In this document: positions 38,377 through 47,984 of the stretch, in pieces | How positions within the stretch are numbered: position 1 is the stretch's first letter | Layout: the number at the start of each line of letters is the position of its first letter | From: Thermodesulfobacteriota bacterium | GTDB lineage: Bacteria; Desulfobacterota_D; UBA1144; Nemesobacterales; CSP1-2 | Assembly (NCBI GenBank): GCA_036397855.1 | Contig: DASWID010000128.1 | Span: 10,747 to 74,746 of the forward strand | Direction: 5' to 3' | DNA: 64,000 nucleotides | The notes under the pieces: generated by a model | Database searches by the model: none | The model's input: the letters and a program-made list of their open reading frames with translations, nothing else | Told to the model about the DNA's origin: nothing | Translations under genes and position numbers: made by a program

Positions 38377-39786
38377 TTGGATATGAATACGCAATTTTCT
38401 AAGGTTATTACTCTTTTTATTGCTTTGTTATTCCTTTTTTCCTTGGATCTCATTGCCGAGGATTCGTCACAGAATCAAAGAATAAAAGAGCTTGAGGAGA
38501 AGCTCAAGTCCGTTACAGAGGAAGTTCAAAAACTCAAGTCTACGGGGGAAAGTGATGCCAATCTAAAGGAGATTGAAGAGAGATTAAATGTATTAGCCGA
38601 GGAAATAGATAACATCAAATCCGCTGCTATTGTCGAGGAGCCTACTTATGAGCAGGTGTTTGGAATGGGGCCTGCCGCTTCTAAGGTTTATAAAGCAAAT
38701 CAGGGAATTTCAATCGGCGGTTATGGTGAAATAATTGGTCAATTCCCGGGAGACGGGGATAACACACTCGATGCCCTAAGGGCCGTGCTCTATTTCGGTT
38801 ATAAATTTAATGACAGAATCATATTTAACTCAGAGATAGAGTTTGAGCATGGTAGCACAGAAGAAAACCTAAACGGTCAGGCCGGTGAAGTTTCAGTTGA
38901 ATTTTCCTATCTGGATTTTCTCCTTACTGAGCAGGCGAATCTAAGGGGAGGTTTAGTATTAGCTCCTTTTGGTATAATCAATGAGGTTCACGAGCCAACG
39001 ACTTTTTACGGGGTATTAAGGCCAGACGTCGAGAGGTTTATAATCCCAACTACCTGGAGGGAGGTGGGAGTTGGTCTCTTTGGTGGATTGAGCGAGTTTG
39101 TACCAGGGAGTTTAACATATAAGGCCTATGTAATGAACAGCTTCGATTCCAGGGGTTTTACCGCTTCGAGCAACAGGGATGCAAGACAGAATGGTAACAG
39201 GGCCCTTGCGAATAATGTGGCGTTCGTAAGCAGGATTGAATATGATCCATTTCCTGGATTGAAGTTTGGTGGGTCAATATTTCTCGGAAATACAGGTCAG
39301 AATCAGACGGTCAATAATCCCGATTCTCCCTTTAATGGAAGGGAAATTAAAGGGTTTTTCCAGATGTATGAAGGGGATGTGCAAGTCCAATATAGAGGAT
39401 TTGAGGGAAGAAGCCTCCTGGTTTGGACTTTTCTAGATGATGCGGCTCTAATCAATGCAAACAATGGTTTTGTGGGCGATGAATCCGTTGGAAGCCAACA
39501 ATGGGGTTGGTACATAGTAGGGGCATACAATATTTTATCCCTTGCCGATTTTGGGCAATATTTCCAATACTTCGCCCCTTTTATCAGATATGAAAAACTA
39601 AATACCCAATTTAGAGTTCCTAACGAATTCTTCAACGACCCTGCCAATGACCGTCAGAATGTAACCTTTGGGATCAATTATAAGGCAATACCACGGGTTG
39701 TCATCAAAGCTGACTATAAATGGAATGATAACGAGGCAGGTACGGCCAATAACCAATTTAATATAGGACTTGGATATGTTTTCTAA
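38377..39786 (+). CDS. outer-membrane porin with N-terminal coiled coil (DcaP/OprO-P-like)
   Basis: Signal peptide, an N-terminal coiled-coil (ELEEKLKSVTEEVQKLKS...), an amphipathic beta-rich body and a C-terminal ...IGLGYVF ending in aromatic Phe (OMP signature). Confidence 0.65.
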   Translation: MDMNTQFSKVITLFIALLFLFSLDLIAEDSSQNQRIKELEEKLKSVTEEVQKLKSTGESDANLKEIEERLNVLAEEIDNIKSAAIVEEPTYEQVFGMGPAASKVYKANQGISIGGYGEIIGQFPGDGDNTLDALRAVLYFGYKFNDRIIFNSEIEFEHGSTEENLNGQAGEVSVEFSYLDFLLTEQANLRGGLVLAPFGIINEVHEPTTFYGVLRPDVERFIIPTTWREVGVGLFGGLSEFVPGSLTYKAYVMNSFDSRGFTASSNRDARQNGNRALANNVAFVSRIEYDPFPGLKFGGSIFLGNTGQNQTVNNPDSPFNGREIKGFFQMYEGDVQVQYRGFEGRSLLVWTFLDDAALINANNGFVGDESVGSQQWGWYIVGAYNILSLADFGQYFQYFAPFIRYEKLNTQFRVPNEFFNDPANDRQNVTFGINYKAIPRVVIKADYKWNDNEAGTANNQFNIGLGYVF

Positions 39787-39863
39787 TTCAGGTTAAATTA
39801 AGCGGGTGTTAAGAGAGAAATAGATCATAGGCCAATCCTCCTAAAATCCTGAACATTGATTAA

Positions 39864-40412
39864 ATGTTAAACACTCTTCTACCACTTTCGATCCTATTTA
39901 CCTTTTTAATTAATTCCTTTGTAATTGCCAAGGTTTTTATGAAAAGAGAGGAGGCCTTAAAACTGGCCTTTCCGGCCGCAGACCGGATAATTAAAAAAAA
40001 CATCTTTATAAATAAGGAACAGACTTTGGAAATCGAGTCAATTGCAAAGACAAAACTGGAATCGAAACTTTATGTCTTTTATGTGGGGAAAATGGGGGAT
40101 GAAACCCTAGGGTATGCCGTAATAGATACCCATCGCTTAAGGACAATGACAGAGACTGTTCTAATTGTTATTAATCCCGACGGAACTCACAGAATGACTG
40201 AGATATTGGCCTTTTTTGAACCACCTGATTACATGCCTGGAAAAAATTGGATCGATCTCTTCCAAGATAAACCTCTTAATGACTCCCTTAGGATTGGAAA
40301 GGGCATACCTAATATTACCGGAGCAACTATAACATCGAATTCGCTCCTCAATTCGATTAGGAGGGTTTTAGCAGTCTTCGAGGTGGCTGTTAAGCGAAAG
40401 GAATTAAAATGA
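39864..40412 (+). CDS. FMN-binding domain protein (exported)
   Basis: N-terminal signal/anchor and the FMN_bind motif ...GKGIPNITGATITSNSL... Overlaps the next gene by 4 nt. Confidence 0.6.
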   Translation: MLNTLLPLSILFTFLINSFVIAKVFMKREEALKLAFPAADRIIKKNIFINKEQTLEIESIAKTKLESKLYVFYVGKMGDETLGYAVIDTHRLRTMTETVLIVINPDGTHRMTEILAFFEPPDYMPGKNWIDLFQDKPLNDSLRIGKGIPNITGATITSNSLLNSIRRVLAVFEVAVKRKELK

Positions 40413-40909
40413 AATTTTTTATTTCCAACGACATAAGAAATAACACGTTATTGAAGCTGATTGTAGTTCTAACCTTGGTCTTCTTTCTCTTTCTCTGGCT
40501 AACCAATCTTCTTCTGTATCTTAAAATCGGGTTTAGTTATGAATCGATAGTTGATTATTATAGAGGATCAGAAGAGAGTTTCAGACAACCAAAGAGCTAT
40601 TTGGGGTTATTAGAGGAGTCTCATTTCCATTTCTTTTCGATGGCTATTATTCTGGTTACTCTCAATCATCTAATACTCTTTTCGAAAATTAATAATTTGT
40701 GGAAATTAATCATTATCGTGGCATCGTATATTTCAGCCTTTGGCGATATAGCTGCTGGGTGGCTTATTCGGTACATCAGTCCATTATTTGCCTATCTCAA
40801 ATTAGGTTCAGTAATAGTCCTTCAGATCTCTTTCGCAACCTTACTTGTATTGGTATTGGTTTTTCTCTATAGTGAGAAGGATAACAATCTAAGACAATTT
40901 AAAGCTTGA
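40409..40909 (+). CDS. small integral membrane protein (about 4 TM) with His residues in the TM helices; possibly DUF4405-like
   Basis: Hydrophobic profile, ESHFHFF and LNHL motifs, and translational coupling to the FMN-binding protein. Confidence 0.45.
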   Translation: MKFFISNDIRNNTLLKLIVVLTLVFFLFLWLTNLLLYLKIGFSYESIVDYYRGSEESFRQPKSYLGLLEESHFHFFSMAIILVTLNHLILFSKINNLWKLIIIVASYISAFGDIAAGWLIRYISPLFAYLKLGSVIVLQISFATLLVLVLVFLYSEKDNNLRQFKA

Positions 40910-42182
40910 GTTTATTTCGTAGTTTTTTAACATCGTAGTAAGGTTCACCCATCTTTTTCGCATGTTGATACAGTTTTTCGAGTTCAGATAATATTGAGAT
41001 TAATTTGTTTCTTCCATATTTTGTTTTTAATGCTTCTCTTGGGGACTCGCCATTGAGGGCATCAATAGGTTCATCAATCCAATCTTCGTAGTATTCGTCG
41101 AGAATTCTATCCATTTTCTTCTTGTTTCTGACTCCGAATGGTAATTTTTTAAGCTTAGCTGTCACCAACCAGCTATCATTTATTAATGAATCTGGATGTT
41201 TCGTTGAATCACCTTTATGCGTAATTAGCCCCTTTAATTTTTTTTCTATGAATGTTTTTGCTCTGTCTAAAGAATCTACAGAGTGTGCTTGAATTGCGAG
41301 TTTTCCAACTTCAACCTCGATTATCGTATTCACATTTTTTTTCTCTATGTTAGATAAAACGAAAACTCTTAGTTCGTCTGACCCGCCACTAATTTCTTGT
41401 ATCGTCATGACTTTCCTGATCTTTGATACAACGAGATTAAAATCAGCAAAACTGTAATCCGCCCGTGCAAAAACCAGCTCGTCTCCATCAGTGGTTAGAA
41501 AACGAGAATGCTCCAATATATGCTCTAAATAGTTTCCAATGAGAAAGCCCCAATTTTTTAAGAAATCATAATGGCTAGATTTTTTTCCAAATGTTTCTTT
41601 AAACTCTTTAAATTCTCGATTATAAAAGTCAATAATGAACGATTTAAATGTTTGGCGATAAACTGATAATACACCCGAAAAATAAGTATTTTTGTCGGTC
41701 GTTATAAGTCTTGCCCCGACTATGTCGGAGATCTTAACCTGCTTGGAAGCAGAATTATCAATTACAAATATAACTTCATCAGTAAATATGTCTCTTATGT
41801 TACATCCTTCATTTGTAGCTATCTGTTCTACATCATAATAACTAAATGCGCTTTTTGACCAATCTCTCAGTATGGATTTTTCAAAATTGGATAGCGAATC
41901 ACCCTCCTGTTCATAGAAAAGCTCGATTACGCTTTTACCAATATCTATTAGTTTGAAATCGTATATGAACCAATCAAAGAACTTAGTGAATGTGATGTCG
42001 CTGATATCTTCTTCTTCGTAATCTTGTTCAATAAGCTCGGGGTCATTCTTCCAGATGTAGAAAGCCTCACCGATCTGAGCCTGTATCTGAGTACGATGAG
42101 AAAAATCTATTAGCTTTAATCTCAAATCTCTTGCAGCTTGTTCGAATTTATATTGTTTGAGATTGATGATTGAATCTGTCAT
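40899..42182 (-). CDS. hypothetical protein (427 aa), no recognised domain
   Basis: Long, coherent ORF on the minus strand. Confidence 0.5.
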   Translation of the reverse strand: MTDSIINLKQYKFEQAARDLRLKLIDFSHRTQIQAQIGEAFYIWKNDPELIEQDYEEEDISDITFTKFFDWFIYDFKLIDIGKSVIELFYEQEGDSLSNFEKSILRDWSKSAFSYYDVEQIATNEGCNIRDIFTDEVIFVIDNSASKQVKISDIVGARLITTDKNTYFSGVLSVYRQTFKSFIIDFYNREFKEFKETFGKKSSHYDFLKNWGFLIGNYLEHILEHSRFLTTDGDELVFARADYSFADFNLVVSKIRKVMTIQEISGGSDELRVFVLSNIEKKNVNTIIEVEVGKLAIQAHSVDSLDRAKTFIEKKLKGLITHKGDSTKHPDSLINDSWLVTAKLKKLPFGVRNKKKMDRILDEYYEDWIDEPIDALNGESPREALKTKYGRNKLISILSELEKLYQHAKKMGEPYYDVKKLRNKLKL

Positions 42183-42408
42183 ATTATGAATACGAGTAAA
42201 ATGTAGGCTTTAATCAGGAAATTAGACTTTAAGGATTCGCATCTTGAATGTTAGTTTAATTGGATAATATAAGGTGTCAATTAAGCATCAGCCAATCATA
42301 GCTAAGATCTTATTAATCCATTATACCGTGATTTTGTTAAAGGCGAATGCAGTTTCAAAACTAATGAATAATCCATGCTCTCGAAAATTAAAAAATTAAA
42401 TGTCAAAT

Positions 42409-43572
42409 CTAATCCTTCATTTTAGACGGTTGGTTGGGCAACCCAATATATCCCCATAGTAATATAATCAGTAAACCAAGAACCAATGGTATGTACTGAC
42501 TCATATGGTAAAGATATCCGACGAGCATTCCTCCTAGGGATGCTCCAAAAAAATTTGATAGATTGTAAAACCCGCTTGCTGCGCCACGGTTAGACGGAGC
42601 TGCTCTCATTGTTAAAAAGGCGGGAAGAACAGACTGATAAAGTGTATATCCAAAAAAAAGTGCTGTGCCTGAAACGAACAGTATCCAGTTATGATTTCCA
42701 GCGAATAGGTATAATAAGAAGCTAATTAGCAATATGGCCCATCCGAGTCTCGTGGGTAGTTGTAATTTGCCTTTTTTCTCAGCATGCCTGATATATGGGA
42801 AGATTATTAGAACACTTGGCAGAAGGATCAAAAGATAAATCTTCCACAGTTTTAATTTTTCTAGACCAAGTGAGATCCAACTCAGTGGGTAAATAAAAAA
42901 GAAAAAATTTAAAATAAGCGAATTAACAAATGAAGCAAGGTAAATTCTTTGCAGCTCTATTTCGTTAATAAGTGTTAAAATACTTGGTTTTTGTTTATTT
43001 TCAGGATGGTCATCGATTTTAGGAAAATAATAGACTGTAACTATCAGAGCAATAAGACCTAACAGTGTAAGCGTGTAAAAAAGACTCTTAAAGCCGAGTT
43101 TAGCGGCAACAAAAGGGCCACATATCAGACCAACGATAAAGGAGGCCCCGATTATGATTGAAGTGATTGTAAAAGCCTCGGCTCGAATTTGAGGCCGTGT
43201 CGAATCACCTAGCGCAGCGATTGCTACAGCTCCAATTGCACCACTTCCCTGTATCACACGCGCCAGAATCAACTGATTTATGCTTGCAGCCATAGCACAC
43301 AAAAGACTACCAAAAGAAAACAATAAGAGTCCTATTATGATAATGGGTTTTCTCCCGAAAATATCGCTGGCCCAACCAAAGGGTATTTGCAAAAGGCTCT
43401 GCGAAAGTGCATATATGCCAAATGCAATACCTGTAAGAGTTAAGGTTGCTTCCGGATAGTTTATGGTGTATACGCTAAAAACGGGTAGAATGAAGAAAAT
43501 CCCCAAAAGCCGGAGTCCCATTATCATGCTGATAACGGTTACAGCCTTTATTTCTGTGTTACTTATTTCCAT
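42409..43572 (-). CDS. MFS transporter
   Basis: Twelve hydrophobic segments; motif-A-like GRKPIII and the D..GRK loop. Confidence 0.75.
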   Translation of the reverse strand: MEISNTEIKAVTVISMIMGLRLLGIFFILPVFSVYTINYPEATLTLTGIAFGIYALSQSLLQIPFGWASDIFGRKPIIIIGLLLFSFGSLLCAMAASINQLILARVIQGSGAIGAVAIAALGDSTRPQIRAEAFTITSIIIGASFIVGLICGPFVAAKLGFKSLFYTLTLLGLIALIVTVYYFPKIDDHPENKQKPSILTLINEIELQRIYLASFVNSLILNFFFFIYPLSWISLGLEKLKLWKIYLLILLPSVLIIFPYIRHAEKKGKLQLPTRLGWAILLISFLLYLFAGNHNWILFVSGTALFFGYTLYQSVLPAFLTMRAAPSNRGAASGFYNLSNFFGASLGGMLVGYLYHMSQYIPLVLGLLIILLWGYIGLPNQPSKMKD

Positions 43573-43634
43573 GAAAATTCAAACAAATATCGGATTTATC
43601 GATCGACGCATTATTTTATCATGATTAATTTTTA

Positions 43635-45203
43635 TTGATACATCTAGGCTGCCGTGTTACCTTACTTCAAGTGAATAATCTTACGTCATCGCAAATAATA
43701 GAAACCGACTCATATGATAGAAGATTATTTTCAGAGCTTGAGGGTACATCTAAAGAACTAAAAAATCTGATTGATCGTGGTTCAAATCTCTTACCTGACT
43801 TTCGATCCCTGGTTTTGGATCTGTTTGCTAGCTTCTTCAAACTAAATGTACTCACAATACCGCGAGACGTGGATAATGAACGTTTTACATTGGGAAGAAT
43901 GATAATTGAAATAGCTCATTCGAGTGAAGCTTATAAAAATCTGAGGGAGGAAACAGTGCTTGACGGATTTAAGTCTGCAGCTGCGACCTTAATACTAGGT
44001 GAGGAATTGATTAAATGGATTAAATCTGATGAAGGCATTTCAAAAAATACACTCCTCCGAGAGTGGGAAATTAGTAGAGCTGTACAAAGCCATAATGATT
44101 ATGAAGAACAGGTGAAGACATGGGAAGAAATTGAAAAAGCCAAATCTCTAAAAAACATAAATAATAAGAAATTAAAGGATGAAAAAAAGAATGCCGATTT
44201 TAAGGTCAATGCTATAGAGGGAGAGCTTAAAGACCTCATTAAAGAGCAAAAGGATATACTTGCTAAGCTCGATAAGAAAATTGAAAAACAAATACAATCC
44301 TCTCTGGTTATTGCCAGCGATAGGGTCGAAGAGGCTGAAGATGAAATAAAAGGGTGGGGGTCTTCGATGGGGATTCCGGTAGAAAAAGCCTTAGGGGAAA
44401 AAATTGATCTCGCATCCAAATTAATTAAAAGTGAGAAATTAAGAAAGCTTTCAAATATGGTTGGTAGCCTTAAGGAGGAAATGTTGACCTCTAGAACTAA
44501 GGTTTGGTCAAAAACAGGTAGTGAAGTCTATAATGTTTCCAACGGGTATGATCTTGGTCGTATAATACCTTCCGAATTATTAACATTAAGTCATAAGCAT
44601 CTCAGGAAAGATTTTATGAAAAGATTTATTGAACAAAAGCTCCTTCAATATTATCTCAGATTAGAAAAAGGCAGGGGGCCTCTCATAGTCTGTTTAGACG
44701 GGAGCTCGTCAATGTCTGGAGACAAGGAGATTTGGTCAAAGGCTGTATGCGTGACACTTCTCTACTTTGCAAAGAGGCAGAGGAGAAAGTTCAGAGTAAT
44801 AGTATATTCATCGAAGGGATCGCCACTAAGGTATTTCGAGTCAAGGGCGAGAGATGGCTGGGCAATGTCGGAAAATGATATAATTGAACTAGCTGAATAT
44901 TTTCCTGGAGGGGGAACTGATTTTCAGGACCCACTCGATAAGGCGTCAGAGCTTTTAAATCTATCGAAATTCAAAAGAGGTGATGTTGTCTTTATTACGG
45001 ATGGGGAGTGTGATGTTGGTGAGGACTGGTTAAAGGGATTCTTAGAATTAAAGCATAAGCTTAAATTTAAGATATATTCTGTACTGATAGATTTAACGGG
45101 GAGGGAATCTCCAAAGACGCTCAAGAGATTCAGTGATCTTATTACCACAGTATCAAGACTTACATCAAAAGACGCTAAGGAAGTTTTTATTAGCCTTGAC
45201 TGA
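43635..45203 (+). CDS. von Willebrand factor A domain protein with N-terminal coiled coil
   Basis: MIDAS motif CLDGSSSMSG, GGGTDF and ITDGECD in the C-terminal third; Lys/Glu-rich coiled-coil N-terminal half. Confidence 0.65.
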   Translation: MIHLGCRVTLLQVNNLTSSQIIETDSYDRRLFSELEGTSKELKNLIDRGSNLLPDFRSLVLDLFASFFKLNVLTIPRDVDNERFTLGRMIIEIAHSSEAYKNLREETVLDGFKSAAATLILGEELIKWIKSDEGISKNTLLREWEISRAVQSHNDYEEQVKTWEEIEKAKSLKNINNKKLKDEKKNADFKVNAIEGELKDLIKEQKDILAKLDKKIEKQIQSSLVIASDRVEEAEDEIKGWGSSMGIPVEKALGEKIDLASKLIKSEKLRKLSNMVGSLKEEMLTSRTKVWSKTGSEVYNVSNGYDLGRIIPSELLTLSHKHLRKDFMKRFIEQKLLQYYLRLEKGRGPLIVCLDGSSSMSGDKEIWSKAVCVTLLYFAKRQRRKFRVIVYSSKGSPLRYFESRARDGWAMSENDIIELAEYFPGGGTDFQDPLDKASELLNLSKFKRGDVVFITDGECDVGEDWLKGFLELKHKLKFKIYSVLIDLTGRESPKTLKRFSDLITTVSRLTSKDAKEVFISLD

Positions 45204-45249
45204 TAACAAACTTATTAAGAGTGGAATTGGTGTATACCGATAATACTTT

Positions 45250-46341
45250 ATGAGACCGACCTGGGCTGAAATTGATATTAATTCACTCAAATCAAATTTT
45301 CTTCATGTTAAAAAGCTTATTGGTAACGGGACCAGTATCGTGTCAATTGTCAAAGCCGATGCTTATGGACATGGTGCGATAGCAGTGAGTAAAGCTCTGT
45401 TCGAATTGTGTGGTTCCCAAATGTTTGGTGTGGCAACGGTCGATGAGGCTCTAGAGCTTAGGGAATCGGGTATAAGAGCACCCATATTAGTCTTGGCTGG
45501 AATCGATCCAAACGAAGCTGAAAACGTCGTTAAGAGTGAATTAACGCCTACTATCTATTCACTCCAAATTGCATCTATCCTTAATGAGTACGCAAGCAAG
45601 CTAGGTATACGATTGGGCTATCATCTAAAGATAGATACAGGAATGACGAGGCTCGGAGTAAGGATTGACGAGCTTCATGGCTTCATGGATGAAATTCTTC
45701 GCTTGAAGAATTTAAAGATGGAAGGGCTATTTAGCCACTTTTCAAATGCCGATATGGAACTGGTCGAGTACACTCTGAGACAGATACGAATTTTTAAGGA
45801 TATTCATTCCATCATAAATCAGGCAGGTGTTTTTCCGAAGTACCTTCATATAGCGAATAGTTCGGCTATTCAGAGATTCCCTGCATCGCACTTGAATCTT
45901 GTGCGGCCGGGAATAATGCTATATGGTTCCGGCATTAATCAAAAGGTTAAATTAAGCCCTGTCATGAAGTTAAAGACGAGGGTGATGCAGATAAAACAGG
46001 TTCCACCTGGCGTCCCTATAAGCTACGGTGGTACATTTGTTACAAAGAGGCCTACAGTTATTGCCATATTACCAATTGGTTATGCCGATGGTTATATGAG
46101 GGCCCTTTCTAATCGTGCTAAGGTATCAACAAAAGGCTATAGTGCCCCTGTGGTGGGGAAGGTATGTATGGATCTCACAATCATAGATGTAACGGATGTA
46201 CCTGGAATCAAAGAAGACGATGAAGTCATTCTTTTTGGAGATGAGTCGGTAACGGTTGAAGACGTGGCACGGTGGGCTGGGACAATTTCATATGAAATTT
46301 TGTCAATAACTGGTAAAAGAGTCCCTCGTGTTTATGTATAA
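45250..46341 (+). CDS. alr: alanine racemase
   Basis: PLP-lysine motif SIVKADAYGHGA; 363 aa. Confidence 0.85.
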   Translation: MRPTWAEIDINSLKSNFLHVKKLIGNGTSIVSIVKADAYGHGAIAVSKALFELCGSQMFGVATVDEALELRESGIRAPILVLAGIDPNEAENVVKSELTPTIYSLQIASILNEYASKLGIRLGYHLKIDTGMTRLGVRIDELHGFMDEILRLKNLKMEGLFSHFSNADMELVEYTLRQIRIFKDIHSIINQAGVFPKYLHIANSSAIQRFPASHLNLVRPGIMLYGSGINQKVKLSPVMKLKTRVMQIKQVPPGVPISYGGTFVTKRPTVIAILPIGYADGYMRALSNRAKVSTKGYSAPVVGKVCMDLTIIDVTDVPGIKEDDEVILFGDESVTVEDVARWAGTISYEILSITGKRVPRVYV

Positions 46342-46385
46342 ATTTTTTTGATGGGGATTATCTTACAAATTAACACAATTTTAAA

Positions 46386-47984
46386 ATGCCGAGGGTTAAT
46401 AAAGTTTTCGAACGGTTTATCATTCTATCATTGCAATTGTTATCCTTATCTGTTTTTGCTGATATTTCTTTTTGTGTTGAAGGCATTCATTTAGGTCCGT
46501 TATTAAGTATCGAAAGTGATCCAGAAACTCATACCCAAGAGACAAATGCTCTAGGACCGTTTATAACATCAAGGCAAAATGAAGAAGCGACAGAGTTTGG
46601 ATTTCGTCCCTTTTTTTATTCTATTAACAATAGAGAAAAGAATTCAAGCGAGTTTGATATAGTTTATCCCATCGCAACATATGATAGGAGGGACGATAAT
46701 TGGAGATTCCAGCTTCTTGTGTACTTGTTTTATCTCGAATCTGAAAAAACAAAGAATGGATTTAATGAGAAAGAATTTAATCTATTCCCATTTATATTCT
46801 CAAAGTGGGCTGAAAATAAAGAGAATAGTTACTTTGCATTTTTCCCATTTTTTGGAAATATGAAAAACAAATTTTATAAGGATGAGATCAGATTTGTTCT
46901 CTTCCCTTTATTTCTGCAGACCAGAGAGGGTGAGGAGATTAACAGTAGTTTTCTTTGGCCTTTTTTTGCCTATTATAAAGGTGGCGGACAAAGCGGGTTC
47001 AGATTCTGGCCTCTTTTTGGTTATAGAAAAAAGGAGGAAAAGCTGGACGAGAAGTTTGCACTTTGGCCCTTCATTATCTCTAGAAAAAGGGTTTTTTATG
47101 GCGAGGAGAGAAATACATTTTCAATCTTTCCTTTTTATACAAGCTTTGAATCACCTGATTTCACGAATAAGACTTACTTTTGGCCTTTTTTCAATTATGT
47201 TGAAGATAAAAAAAAGGGGTTCACACAATTAAGTGCACCTTGGCCATTTATCGGGTTCACAAGGGGTACAAGGGAGGGGAATAGATTCTTCCCCTTTTAT
47301 GCCAATTACATTGGAGAAAGAGGGAGTGGAAGAGTAGTTCCGTTCTATTCGGAGAACAAAAAGGAATCAAGAGCCGAAGGTTATCAGGACAGTGATGGAT
47401 TTATACTTTGGCCACTTTATAGGTACAGTTCGGTAACACTTGAAGATTATAGAAGAGACAGTAAATCCGTTTTATTGATTCTTTACAAGGATATTAAAGA
47501 TGAGCCAATAATTGAGGGTGGTACGGGTGGTAGGAGAATCGATCTCTGGCCCCTTTTCAGCTATAGAAGAGATAAAGACGGAAATCGATCACTCCAGATT
47601 ATTTCACTATTGGAACCCTTGGTTTTTGGTGTCGACGGGCTGGAAAGAAATTATTCACGTCTCTGGCGCTTTTTTGAATGGAGAAAATATAGTGATGGGA
47701 GGACTGTCACTTCTTTTCTGTGGAATACGTTCAGAACAGAATACAACAAGGAAAGTACTAACGTAATTTTACAGCCAATCATCCCGATATTCTCTTATAC
47801 TCGTGCAGTAGAAGGATCTAAAACACATTTTTTTGGCGGTCTTTTTGGCTATCAAAATATGGGTCTGAAAAGGAAATTAAAGTTTCTATTCGTTCCAATC
47901 ACTATTAGTTCAGGGGAGAAAGAGGAAAATAAATCGGAGGAAATAAGTGAACAGTATAACTACCTTTTTTCAAACCACAGGTGA
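46386..47984 (+). CDS. secreted tandem-repeat protein (at least 15 repeats of about 20-24 aa with [LF][WF]P[FL][FY].Y motif)
   Basis: Signal peptide, then repeats such as LWPFFAYYKGGG, FWPLFGYRKKEE, LWPFIISRKRV, FWPFFNYVEDKKKG, PWPFIGFTRG, LWPLYRYSS and LWPLFSYRRDKDG, read directly from the translation. Confidence 0.6.
   Translation: MPRVNKVFERFIILSLQLLSLSVFADISFCVEGIHLGPLLSIESDPETHTQETNALGPFITSRQNEEATEFGFRPFFYSINNREKNSSEFDIVYPIATYDRRDDNWRFQLLVYLFYLESEKTKNGFNEKEFNLFPFIFSKWAENKENSYFAFFPFFGNMKNKFYKDEIRFVLFPLFLQTREGEEINSSFLWPFFAYYKGGGQSGFRFWPLFGYRKKEEKLDEKFALWPFIISRKRVFYGEERNTFSIFPFYTSFESPDFTNKTYFWPFFNYVEDKKKGFTQLSAPWPFIGFTRGTREGNRFFPFYANYIGERGSGRVVPFYSENKKESRAEGYQDSDGFILWPLYRYSSVTLEDYRRDSKSVLLILYKDIKDEPIIEGGTGGRRIDLWPLFSYRRDKDGNRSLQIISLLEPLVFGVDGLERNYSRLWRFFEWRKYSDGRTVTSFLWNTFRTEYNKESTNVILQPIIPIFSYTRAVEGSKTHFFGGLFGYQNMGLKRKLKFLFVPITISSGEKEENKSEEISEQYNYLFSNHR

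Noticed and set aside
42409-43572. MFS transporter as the missing arsenite efflux pump of the ars-like operon
   Set aside because: It is 12 kb away on the far side of an IS and unrelated genes, and its sequence is generic MFS rather than ArsB/Acr3/ArsJ-like. No evidence links it to the operon.
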